A stretch of DNA of 64,000 nt. Source: Octopus sinensis (Eukaryota). The stretch covers positions 109,058,001 through 109,122,000 of the forward strand of contig NC_043003.1 of assembly GCF_006345805.1 (NCBI RefSeq). The letters run 5' to 3'. A program made the translations under genes and the position numbers. This document shows, one piece after another, positions 36,814 to 49,600 of this stretch. The notes under the pieces are model-generated. The model worked only from the letters and a program-made list of their open reading frames with translations, had not been told where the DNA came from and did not search any database. How positions within the stretch are numbered: position 1 is the stretch's first letter; every line of letters begins with the position of its first letter.

Positions 36814-37043
36814 TATTTCTTTACTACCCACAAGGGGCTAAACACAGAGAGGACAAACAAGGACAGACAAACGGATTAAGTCGATTATATCGACCCCAGT
36901 GCGTAACTGGTACTTAATTTATCGACCCCGAAAGGATGAAAGGCAAAGTCAACCTCGGCGGAATTTGAACTCAGAACATAACGGCAGACGAAATACGGCT
37001 ACGCATTTCGCCCGGCGTGCTAACCATTCTGCCAGCTCGCCGC
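36814..37043 (-). mobile_element. tRNA-derived SINE family A
   Basis: Full length, with flanking ATCTCTGAAT(A/G)TACA repeats. Further copies lie at 52171-52405 (+) and 62091-62320 (-). Confidence 0.85.
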
Positions 37044-37334
37044 TTTGATATCTCTGAATGTACAGCACAACTTGTTTCAGTCGAAAATTGTTGACCTTTA
37101 CCATTGATAAACTCATAAGTTCTCCAAAAAGATATGCGTTTAAAAGAATAGCACATTGCTTCCTACTTTGCAACTGTTTGATTTATGCCAAAGGAAGAGT
37201 TACTCACTCTCTAAGTGACTGCTGTCTCCTCCTGCCATTCGCTGTTGTCTCTCCATCACAGAAGCAAGAGACAATTACAGTTCTGAGTTTTCCCAGCTTC
37301 CGCAGGTTTCACTAACAGTGACGAATAAAATGGG

Positions 37335-37990
37335 CAAAGGTGGGCACTGTTAATCGAAAAATTAACCTCGTTAACCGTTAATCCATTAAGCAAAAAATTA
37401 ACTTCGATAACCGTTAATCAGTTAATTATTTCCTAATGTAACGGAAATTATCGATAAACCGTTAACGTTAATTTTTATTATAGAAAAAGAACAAAAAAAA
37501 CAGTTTTTGCTCTAATACCATTTAAAAACACCTTTAAAAAATGCCAAAACTATAAAATCCTTCAACTTCAATTGAATTGAAGTTAACGGAAGTTAACTCA
37601 TGTTGACGGAAGTTAAATGTGTAGCGTACGCTTAGTGAAATTCTCTCTCTCTCTCTCTGTTATATATACATAAGTACGGACGTAGTATATAACAGCTAGC
37701 CTTCGGCAGCCCTTTTGGACCCTGTTGTTGTCCACCACTCTGATTTGTTAGTCTCTTGTAGTTTGTCTCTTAGAGAATAAGTCTTTTCTTTTTTTACTGA
37801 TTTCGTTTGGTGGACTTTGGCCATTGTGAAGCCCTGCTTTCAAGGCATTTAGACGGTCATCTTTTTATTACTTATTCTAGTATGTTACCTATTTTCAAAT
37901 CTGAGCACCAAACTGTTAATCCGTTAACATAGTTATTTTCATTAACAATTTAACTTTTAAGTTAACTTTGGGAATCATTATCGGACTAAT
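37335..37990. mobile_element. Degenerate DNA element with many subterminal GTTAAC/CCGTTAA repeats
   Basis: Begins CAAAGGTGGGCACTGTT (hAT-like). GTTAAC-type palindromes cluster at both ends. No right TIR was seen. Confidence 0.4.
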
Positions 37991-38729
37991 TAACAATAAA
38001 TACGAAAAGTGTGTGTGTGTGTGTGTGTGTCTATGTATGCATGTATGTGTGTGTGTATGTAGTGAACTTCATGCAGGCATTGCGTGGATTCAACCTTCGA
38101 TCGCCAAATTTCACTTAACTGTTCAACAGCACTTTTCTCACGGTAAAACTAGTTTTTCTGTTAGTGATAGTACTTACATTTACCAGATGCATTCGCTAAG
38201 CCAGAATAATCTCTTCGCCACTCGACCCTTCTAACTTCTAGGCCACCAAAAGCTAGGATAGAGATAAAAGACCTCCAACGAAATCTATTGTTCTCAACAA
38301 TATGTCTATCCTTCTGGCTGGTTTTGGATAGTTATAAAAACAAGAACTCCGTAAGCTAAAGTCAGTTAGTGAGAGCGACCATCAGTGAGTGTGAAAGGAC
38401 AAGCAGGCAGCCACTAGAGACCAAACGGCCAGAGGGGAAAAAGAAAGTTACAATGAGCGGCTATGCGAGACAACTTCCCTCCACTCTCTCACTTTCACTA
38501 ACTCTCTTTTCTCTGTAACATTACCATACTATAAGATCGTGTACACACATTACCGGCCGAAATTAACTCTTTTTACCTCGCATGCTGTTCCATTTGCTAA
38601 TTATACATACCAAGCCGTCGTGGTTTTGGATATATACAAAGTAACGGTAAATAAATATTTCATTACAACTTCGATCACTGTTCATCTTACAACATGCCGT
38701 TGCAATAAATTTTTGCCGTTACATATAAA

Positions 38730-40215
38730 TCGGGTTGTCATGAATTCGTTCGTTTCTTTTCAATGTTATTTGAATTAACCTGAAAATATTTTTATCGAAC
38801 GTTTTATGGTTTCTTTTTTGGGTGGGGGGCTATTTTCTTCCTGAACGACTTTTGTTGATCGTTTTTGAAACATGAATAAATTTTTACCTCTTTTCAGATA
38901 CAGGACGAGGGAGTGCCAAGCAAAGAAAAATTAGCGTTTTCGACATCTGCTTCTCTTCGCATTCAATCAAGGTTCTAAATCTGTCAAAGAGATGAATGAA
39001 ATAGGTAACAAACTGGAATAAATAATAGAGGGAATATGATCATCTACTACTCTTGAAAATAGTGCTCTAAAAGGGTTAAAGTCCACAAACCAAAATCACT
39101 TATTCACACACACACACACGCGCGCACGTGCATGTGTATCAGGTTGTCATAAATTCATTCGCTTTTTTAAAAATGTTATTTGAATTAACACGAAAAATAT
39201 TTTTATCGTGTTTTTCTTTTTTCTTCTTAGCTATATTCTTCTTCCTCTACAACTGTTTATCGTGTTTGAAATATGAATAAATTTTACATCTTTTCAGACA
39301 TGACGATGGCGTGCCAAGTAAAGAAAAAATATGAGCATTTTCGACATCTGTTCTTTGCTTTTAAATCAAGGTTCTAAATCTGCTCAAGCCGCTTTAGGCA
39401 TTTGTGCTGTGAATAGAGGAAGCGCTATCACTGAATGAACTATACAGAAACGTTCACGCTCGAAGGAGGGGACATTCGACTCCAGAGACTCCGCTCCGGC
39501 AGTTCGATGAAGATCACTTGAACAAGCTCACCATTCACGAAGAGCTGCGCCATTCCGTTAGGATTTTTGGCTCAGGAGATGCCCTCGGGATCACGTCGCG
39601 TGTTACCTTCACTCGATCGGTAAGGTCCAAAAGTTCAGTATATGGGTACCATACGTTCGGAACGAAGAAAACAAATTCCAGGACCCATCTATCGCCTCCA
39701 GTTTGCTCGCTGAACACTAAGCTACTTGGAAACAGACTTCTTTACTGTATCGTGACTGGCGATGAAAAATGGTTTCTTTTCGCTAATATGAAGCAGAGGA
39801 AAAAATAGCTGAGACGGGACAAGCGAGCAACAGTCTGAGCCAAGCCACAGCAGCATCTTTGCAAGACAACGAAATGCGTCTGGTGGGACTGCGAAGGGCT
39901 GATCCACTACGAAATGCTTGAAAAGAATCACCGTCAAATCAGGGCTTTACGTTCCATAAATTCCCCAGTTCATTGAGGTAATCCACTTGAAACAACTCGG
40001 CCGGCGACACAGCGTGCTTCTTCAACACGACAATGCTCGCCCCCACGTTGCTAATTTGACCAAAAATGCTATTTAAGAGCTTGGTTTGGAAGTTCTACAG
40101 CATGCACCAAATCCTCTAATATAGCGCCTTCGAATCCAACTTCTTTTCCGGTCTCTCTCCAGTCTGCGAGTCGTTTCGTGCAACATGGGAAACATGGCTC
40201 GATGTATTCTTCAGG
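38730..40215 (+). mobile_element. mariner relic (39139-40215) preceded by a duplicated 5' end (38730-38990)
   Basis: Motifs IVTGDEKW, CVWWDCEGLIHYEML and LQHDNARPHVA. Both 5' ends start TC(A/G)GGTTGTCAT(A/G)AATT. Confidence 0.85.
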
Positions 40216-40600
40216 TCAAGCGCACACAGGAGCGCACATACGCACATACACTTATACAGATACATCTACACACACACACACAAACAATTTATAAAACATT
40301 ACTAAAATCACTTTATACTTTTATTTTCATTAAAAAAATATAAAGATGTTGGTTTCTGGTTTTCCAGAAAGAGCCTGGCTAAGAGTCTCTACGGTTACGT
40401 AACACAGGCCAGACGACTTGGAACTATGTTATGACACTAACTGCATATTTCAGAGGGTGTTTAATACTTAAAAGTTCATAAAACCGACATCACATCTGAC
40501 TTGATTCTATTTTTGTAATAACTTGAGGTGCAAATCAAATTCTTATTTTCTAGTCTTGTCCAGCTTAACGACAGTAGGAGAGTCCAGTAGACCTAAAACA

Positions 40601-40800
40601 GAAGTAATTTCTACTCTTCTCCTCTGGAAGCCATCTACTCGCAATACCAGAGGGCGCACACTCTCCTACCCTGATGTAATCTCCAGGGATACAGGCATCC
40701 AGCAACAGGACCTCCGTAATGCCATGATGGACCGTGAAGTCTGGCGTAGCATAGTAAATTCCATTGTCTCGACCACGGTCGAACAATGATGAATGATGAT
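40601..40800 (+). mobile_element. RTE-clade LINE 3' end with (TGA)n tail
   Basis: LLLWKPSTRNTRGRTLSYPDVISRDTG...LRNAMMDREVWRSIV. Confidence 0.75.
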
Positions 40801-41732
40801 TGTATCCAGTTGTAACTCTACTTTTGTGATAACTAGTAGTAAATCGAACATTCTGAAGTCTTGTCCAACAATTTGTATCCACTTGATATGATCAAATCAG
40901 AGATATATTAAGTACAATATATGTTGCAATGTTATACAAATGAATGTAGAAACCTGAATCGTATCAAGAAACTTATCCTCCTTTTGCGGTTTCCTTACCT
41001 AAACAACTCTAATTATCACATTTTCGTGATAAGTGACCAACCGTCCTCCGTACAGGCTGACTTACAACGAATCAACCGCTACTTCCTGAAACGAGTTGTA
41101 CCTACCGTCCATCGAGAGTAGCAGTTATGCGATTCATTAGCAGTCATACACGAATGGGCTGAGCAGATTCTAAGTTAGTTATATCTAGGAATGTCTATAC
41201 AGAAAACAAAGCAAAAAAAATCTCCCCAAAAGCCGAAAAACAAAACCTAGTTACCTACTCCTTTGGAACTAAATGTTTCCTACTCTAATCTAAGGACCAC
41301 CGCTTGAGTGAAGATAGTTCTCAAGGTCCCCTAAGTACCAAAATAAAATTTGGGACTTATGGAGGGTCAAAGTCGGGAACAGAAACAGGACAGTGGAGAC
41401 ATACAAGGAAATCGAACGAAAACAAACACGGAGGGTCGTTGGACCAGAACGAGGGTAAAATAACGAACGCTGGAGAAATATTTTCTTTGACAAGAGAAAA
41501 GATAGAAGAGAGAGATAGGATACGTCCAGTCCTGAAAGAAACGAAAGATGATCACATGAGGAAAAGAAGGATGGACGCTGGTCACGTGTGAGCAACGAGA
41601 GGGAGAAAGAGGAGAGAAAAAGAATTAGAGAAAAGGATGAGAGAAAAAACGATAGGGGAGTAAACAGTACAGAGTAGAGCCGCATCAAAAACTTACTTGG
41701 AAATGGATGCGTGATATATATATATATATATA

Positions 41733-43400
41733 CCGTATTTCCCCGAAAATAGGACCTATCCAGAAAATAAGACCTAGCATGATTTTTCAGGATGATTTTA
41801 ATGTAAGCCCTTCCCTTAAAATAAATCCTACTTGAGAGTGACTGATAGATGAAAGAAATAGGCAGCTTCTTCATATTGATTCAAACCACATTTTGGCGGC
41901 TAAAATAACAACTTCACAAAATCTATCCCGGCATCTCTTTCGTAACTCAAATATTAACAATCTATACATTAATCAACAGCCCATGATCGGAGCTTTCAAA
42001 TGTGTCGTGTAACAGTTTCATCAGTGGTCAGTACTGGTCAGTAGATGCAAAAAAAACAATAAAGTACACATTTTCTTTCAAGGCAAAAATCTCCCAGAAA
42101 AGAACATGATGAAATTGAATGGCAAATCCTTTGTCAAGTCATCCCCCCCCCCCACCAAGACAAGATGAATGCAAGAAGAAAGAGTTATTCCATTGAGTAG
42201 AAGGAAGGAATTGTAGAGGAATCACTGGGAAAGAATCTTATTGCTTTCTGCAAAGAAAAGAAATTGGATCTCCGAATGGTTCGAAAATGGCGAGCCGACT
42301 ATGATAAACTCAGTCAACAAGTGGAGAAGGGAAATGCAAAGAAATGCGAGTGTGGATTGGGTCTGCAACCACCATTTTCTGAGCTGGAAGACGTCATCTG
42401 TGAATGGGTTGCTGACAGGAGAGCAAACGCTTTGGTTGTTCACAAGACTGATATTCAAGCATTTGCCCTTGCAAATGCACCACAGTTTGGTATATTTCTA
42501 TAAGAATTCAAAGCATCGCCAACACTGGCTGGATGGTTTCCTCCAGCGACATGACCTTTCTCTGAGAAGGCTGACAATACTGTTCAAACTGGAAGATACG
42601 GAGATTATTAACCGTGCACTTGTATTAAGTCCTTTGTTGATGGGATAGACTTTTCTAAATTCCGTCTCTCCAACATGATTGCTACAGATGTCACTGCAAT
42701 GTTCATGGGCCAAGGATCTCAATCGACAATTGATCAAAGGGGTGCGTTGTCAATCTACATTCCCTCTTGTGCACTTATGAAAATGTATAGGTTACATGTA
42801 TTTTGGCAATTTGTATTGATGGAAGTAAAGCCACACCTCTAATCATCACTAAAAGCAGGAAGGATAAAATTGAACGCGTTTCAGGCATTTGTGTTCTGGA
42901 AACTGAAAAGGCATGATGCACACAGGCAGTTTTAAGGAAGTGGATCGATTTCCTGCTAATACTTATTTTTCGAGAAGGCAAAAAAGGTCTGATAGTCTAG
43001 GATTCAGCTAGCATGCACCACGCAAAATACATGAAGAACTTCCTTGCAGAAAGAAGAAAAGATCAAATCATGATTCCCGCAGGAATGACTGCTTATCTCC
43101 AGGCTCTTGACATTGCAATAAATAAACCATTCAAGGACCATTTACGCATGGAAATCAATGACTACATTGAAAACAGAATGGTGAGAAATTAGCGTGGAAA
43201 TTTTGTGAAACCCAGCCTGCAAGAGATCGAGACTTGGGTGACGAATTCAGGGAACAAAATCACAGACAGCTGTGTTGCCAATGCACTACGAGCAAGCTAT
43301 CTGTACAAGAACTTCTCATTCAATGAGACCTCTATTGCTCAACATGAGAGATAGGGGACGAAAGTTATGCAGGAAATGGAGTAACACGAAAACTCCGCAG
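41733..43400 (+). mobile_element. pogo-family transposon relic (CENP-B-type HTH plus DDE_1 transposase pseudogene from 42165)
   Basis: 5' TIR TA|CCGTATTTCCCCGAAAATA. Reads MNARRKSYS...FSELEDVICEWV...HWLDGFLQRHDLSLRR...MIPAGMTAYLQALDIAINKPFKD, with multiple stops and frameshifts. Confidence 0.9.
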
Positions 43401-46400
43401 GAATTTTGGAATCCGGTGATTTTCAAAACAATGATATTTCAGAGGATGATGACATAACTGTTATTGAATAAATTGCTAATGAGTTTCTGAGTAAAAGAAG
43501 ATGTAAATCGCCAAGCAAATGGAGATCGTTCTTTGTAATTTCTGTTTATTTAGTAATTTCGCAATTTTCTATTTCGTAATGTTTTTCGGTACATGAAAAA
43601 TATATGACGTTTTTGGATTTGGTTTGCAAGATTCTTTATATGAGTTCGTGTGTTGAAGCATATTCTGTTGTGTCTGGGGAGAGTCATTTTCTTTTTGTGC
43701 CTTATAATATAACACACTCACCGGTAAAAATTCTACTTTTTTCTTATTTTTATTTTCCTAAAATTTTCGTTGCTTTTTGCAACCTTTTCAAAAGAGAGTC
43801 AAAACTATTGCCTGGAGTGTTAACGATTCTGCCGGCTCACCTCTTTAAAAATAATAGAAATAATCATAATGATAATGAGCTTATTATATATAGTGCTCAG
43901 GTACACCATCATTGATGCCGCTTAACCACTGGTAATTTTGGTTTAAATAGACAGATCTCTCAAAAATCTGAGATCTGAAGGAATATTCCTTTTAATTAAA
44001 GGAGCCCTTGGCAGTGAAACAGATGGTAATTACTGTTCTAGAAGAATTTCTGTTCGTCTTGTTGGTGGTGACTGCCTTAGAGACTTCGTTTTTATTTCTG
44101 CTTTTTTTTTATTGATATTACTCTTGTTTCGTTCTTGTTCTCCTCTGGTCCAGTTGACGTAAGATCAAAAGGATTTCAGCTGAGATCCTCCAGTCTTAGT
44201 TTCAGATATAGTGTATTTACTAACACATCATCAAATGCGTTTTCCTTTTTATTTAGACATTTGGGTTGTTGTAGGTAGTAGTGTTTAGCCTCAGGAAAGC
44301 CCGAGAAGAGCACACCACCGATGATCAATGACATTCCAGCCATGACTGTTTTCCCTTTCTTTTTTAAGTGCAGATAACCCACGACTACATTATTTAACGG
44401 GTTCTTTTCGAAAAGGCAGGGTGTGACTTGAAGACGTTTTGGCTGCTATTTCTAGTCACACGAGCGACTATGTAGAGGCTTCCTTTGCTTACTGAAGGTA
44501 ATGGTCTATGGAGAAGATCATTGTTCGCTTTATATTTCTATGTATCCAGTATCATTCAACTACGGTTGTAGTTGAATAATATTCTTAAGGCCACAGTTTA
44601 CTCACATGCAGCATCTTTCAGAGCTTGTTGCTAATTCAGTTCTTAACCAAATTGAAAACTATTAACATTTTTGAAGAGGACTTGTCCCTATCTACATTTT
44701 GACATAAAAAATTCAAATTTGATCCAGAAGAAAAAAGTTTGAATCAAAATTTGTAGCAACATTATAGGAAAGTAAGTAACACCACTGATCAAGTTTAGAT
44801 CTAAATAACTTTCTTATTTCAAAAGCAAAATATATTTATCTTAGCTTCAATGATAGAAGAAAGCATGAAGAATTTCATAGTTTTGTTCCCAAGCAACAAA
44901 AATTTGTATCAAAAAAGTTGTGGGGTAAAATATCAGGAAAAAAAAAAGGAAAAAAATTGGATATAAGTATAATCAACTTTTATATTTTAAAACGAACTAT
45001 ATTTTAATTAAACACAAATGATAAAGCTCAATTTGGGGAACTTCATGGTATCGATCTCATACAATGAAATTGAGGGTGATGATATAGTTTTATACATTTT
45101 TATGAATATAATTCTATAAGGGGACTTTTAATATATAAAGTAGTTCTAAATCTAAATATTCTATTTGAAATTTTATCCTTAGCTGCAATATTTTAAGTAA
45201 AAGTGTTCTTGTTCTGTACTTTACCAGATGTAATAAGTTGTCCTCAACTTTCCCAAGTGCAATAACTTGTCCTGTAATTTTCCAGGTTTATAATCTTAAG
45301 AGTATTATTTCTCTTGCTTGCATTTTTCCATGTAATACATATATGACCAAAGGTGTTCTGGTAATGTTCTTCATGTCTTATTTTATGTATGATTACATTA
45401 TATTTTTCTTTTCATTTTTCATTTTTCTCTCCCTCCTAGCTGTTAGAATATAAAATGAGGGCGACTTAGCTATTATTTTTTGCAAGTCAAGCGAACTGCA
45501 TAGGGATATATCCTCTTTAGATCATAATATCTTACAATTCGATGGATGATTTTTGGGAAGGTGTTTAATGTTAAAAATATAGGTTATTTAAAGTTATAAT
45601 TGAAATGTGTTAATTAGCATGGTCATTGCAAAAATAAATTATTTTGTATAGTATTTTAATTTCTCTACTTGTTTCATAGTTAATGTTGGATGTTTACTAT
45701 TTTACTCAATTAAATTTTAATATTTCTCCTTGTTGAGTTGTTTAGCATCGACTTATTTTTATTTATTTATTCAGTTTTAGAAAATCATTCCATCTCAAGT
45801 TTTTTTTCTATTTTCTTTTTATTTTGGTCCACAGCAAAATGCAAAACAGCCACAATACCAACTCTTCAAACATCACTTTTTGCTCCCAAACAACAATTAA
45901 AAACTATCACAGACAAATAGTAAGGAATTCTCCGAGCTCTTTTTTCCGACCACCTGTCAATAATCATTTTCAAATGCAACATTTGTCTCAATTAGAAGAA
46001 AATGAAAAAAAATAAACAATATCAGCAACTTAAAAAATAAATAAATAAAATAACAGGTTGATGAAACCATTTTCCAAGAGAAAGAGAATTATATTTTGCA
46101 GAATTTCAACAACATTACGTGCATCACAAGCCAAAGTGGTCGCTCAAAATAACAGTCAAAATCATCCTCAAATTAGATGCTACTGTCTTAACAGAAACAC
46201 AAAAAGAGAGGATAGACTGGTGTAATGTAAAATTTCAGAGTTATTCTCTGGCATAATCGCAGGAGTATCCCCCACTCCATGCAAATGCCTTTGTTTTCTC
46301 ATAACTTTCTTAAAAATGCGTATTTTTGAATGAAATTTTTCAGAGAGATGTTTTTAAGAGTGTAGGTTACAATTTTCATCATAAAATTAAAAAAAAAAAA

Positions 46401-46555
46401 AAATTCTTGGAGAATCAAAGTCAGTAGCATATACTTCTGTTGAACTGTAGTAATGTATAATTTTACACTTATGTAATTTTAATTTTCACTCCAGCTTCAA
46501 GCTTTTAAAAGTGTGAGGTAGAAGTAAGTCTTTTCTGGAATGATGAAGGGTTGAA

Positions 46556-46627
46556 GGCTACCCGTGGGATACGAACCCACATCTTTTAATAACATGACTG
46601 GCATTCTACCATTGGACAAAGTGGTTC
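46556..46627 (-). pseudogene. tRNA-like relic or isolated SINE head
   Basis: The minus strand has a perfect T-arm GTGGG-TTCGTAT-CCCAC and a D-loop-like TCCAATGGTAGA. Acceptor and anticodon stems are poor. Confidence 0.4.
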
Positions 46628-49600
46628 TTCGAATTTCTGTATTCACTTAGAAACTTTACTCTTACCAGTGAGAGTTGTATGTTGTTAACATCGGAAGTAT
46701 TTAGAAACAGCGAGAGAACGTGAAATGATTCTTTTTATTATTATTATTTTTTTTGTAGGGATGAAACTTGAAGTAGATAAAGCTTTTTCTATCCAAAGAG
46801 TTTATAAATTCCTCTGATGTCAACAACATAGAAATAAATATATATTTTTTAATTTTGGACCAATTTCCCTGCCTTAAAAATAGAAGAAATATTCTTTTCT
46901 ACTCTAGGTACATGGCCCAAAATGTTTGGGGAGGGGGCCAGTCGATTAGATCGACCCCAGTACACAACTGGTAAATAATTTATCGACCCTGAAAGGAATT
47001 TAAACTCAGAACATAAAGACAGACAAAATACCGCTAAGCATTTTGCCTGGCGTGCTAATGTTTCTGCCAACTTATTGCCTTAGATAAGAGAAATATTAAA
47101 GAGCAAAAAATGATAATAGCAGACAATATGGATAACATAATTATGTTTAAGTATAATGATGTATAGAAGTGAGTCAACTGCCACGACTTTGCCTTTTTCC
47201 CCAAATTTCTTAAATATGCATATTTTTTAATGAATTTTTCTAGATATATTTTGTTGTGAATGTAGAATATGAGTATCATGATACAATTTAAAAAAAAAAG
47301 GTTTTGATCATAATCTATACAATCTAAAATGAATCACTGGAAAATTTCAATAAAAAAAGACATGTATTTAAAGTATGTTATGGTTAGTCCACATTACAAA
47401 GAGCTGGTCTCTCCGTTTCTCTGGTGTATTTATTCCCCACCTGGATGGGACGCCAGTCTGTTGCAGGATGACTCACTTTCAGCAGGTGAGTGGACAGAAG
47501 CAATGGGAAATGAAGTGTTTTGCTCAAGAACACAATGCATTGCTCGGGCCGGGAATTGAAACCATAATCTTCTGTTTATAAGTCCAACACCTTAACCACT
47601 AAGACATATGCATCCAGAATGTAATGTCAGAAATAAAATCAGGAGTGGGAGGGAATTATCAAAAACTCTTCAAAGAAAACTGCTTTTTATAATTTTTCTT
47701 GACGTAATTGGAATCTATCAACTAAAATATATCTGGAAAACTTCTTTAGACAAGAATATGCATTTTTAAAAAAGTTATCATCATCATCATCATCATCGCT
47801 TAGTGTCCGCTTTCCAGGCTAGCATGGGTTGGACGAGTAACAATCGAAAGAGAAGGCAAGAAAACTCCATAGATACGTCATTACTTTTTTGCTTTGAAGA
47901 TGCCAGAGACAGACTCAAACATGTTATCTTGTTTCCACACTCAACAGAGGTGACATTCTTGGTTGTTTGGTTAAGAAGTTTTTGCTTCATCATCACCTGA
48001 TTTCAGGTTTAGTCCCATTGTATGGTACCTTGGTCAGGTGTCTTCTACCATAACCTGGGACCAACCAACAGCTTGTGAGTGAATTTGGCTGATGGAAACT
48101 GAATCCCCATTGTCAAACATTGGTGATCCACTACATATTCCTGTCTACTTCAATACAAGGTTTGTGTTTTGTTTTTCCGTATATAAATAGATGCATCTAA
48201 GGTCATAATTTTGATTCCTGCTGGCACATCGTGTCCTTGAGCAAGGCACATTATTTCACATTGCCACAGTCCACTCAGCTGGCAAAAATGAGTAGCATTT
48301 GTATTTCAAAGGCCTAGCCTTATCACCTTCTGTATCATGCTGAATCCTCCTGAGAACTGCATGAAGGGTGCTCATTAATTTCATGAGCAGGAACCCACAT
48401 CATTGTAACCCTCGTCATATCATGCCATATATCCCCAAACAATCTTTCAGGCTTAAATACCAGCATCCTTTCTTGGTTTTTCAAATAAGACCAGGCATGT
48501 TGGGCATTCGATCTTGAAGGATTGCTTGGAGACATAAGGCATGCAATATAAATCTGTGTGGAACTATTAGCAGCACATATTCAAATACTCTGTCTATTAA
48601 ATGATAATGACCTCTCACTGGATAGGGTACTTTTTTTGTTAATTCTGCTTATAACAGAACATTAAACTACATCATCATCATCATCGTTTAACGTCCGCTT
48701 TCCATACTAGCATGGGTTGGATGGTTCGACCGGGGTCTGGGAAGCTAGGAGGCTGCACCAGGCCCAGTCTGATCTGGCAGAGTTTCTACAGCTGGATGCC
48801 CTTCCTAACGCCAACCACTCTGTGAGTGTAGTGGGTACTCTTTATGTGCCACCGGCACAGGTGCCAGGCAAAGCTGGCAATGGCTACAATCAGTTGGTGC
48901 TTTTTACGTGCCACCGGCACGGAGGCCAGTTGAGGCGGCGCTGGCAATGGCCACGTTCGGATGGTTCTTTTACATGCCACCGGCACTGGTATCACAACTA
49001 CAATTTCCATTGATTTTTGATCGATTTCGATTTCACTTGCCTCAACAGGTCTTCACATGCATTATTATATATACAACACTTTCTCCTCCCTTTTCCACTA
49101 TTTTTCTTTATCTTTCTCACCAAACTTGTCATCATAACCGATGGAGTACCAGTTATATTGATACAATTGGGATATTACTCCAATTATCGTGTCAATCTAA
49201 CATCAAAGGCTTATCACTGTTAATTAGGTCTTGACTAAAGAGGCTAGTGATAGGAGATAGGATTTGAGCTCAGAAGTTCACCATTACCTTCTGCCGAAGC
49301 CGCGTGGAGCTTAGGTGTTTTGCTCATAAACACACACATCGCCCGGTCTGAGACTCGAACCTGCGATCCCTCGACCGCGAGTCCGCTGCTCTAACCACTC
49401 GGCCATGTACCTTCACTCTTGTATGTTGAAGTTATACCCTGATACCACATCAACACCAAACTTTCTCCCCTTCTAACTGGGGTACTCATGCATCCCTTTT
49501 ACAATGAAGTAACTGTTCGTGTCATTCTATGACTTTGCCTCCCAACATGGGGCACAAAGCTACCTCGCTCAATAATGGAATCATTCTCAGCCCAGGAATT

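Noticed and set aside
37690-37710. CTTCGGCAGC matching the U6 snRNA 5' stem
   Set aside because: Only a 10-nt match with no flanking similarity
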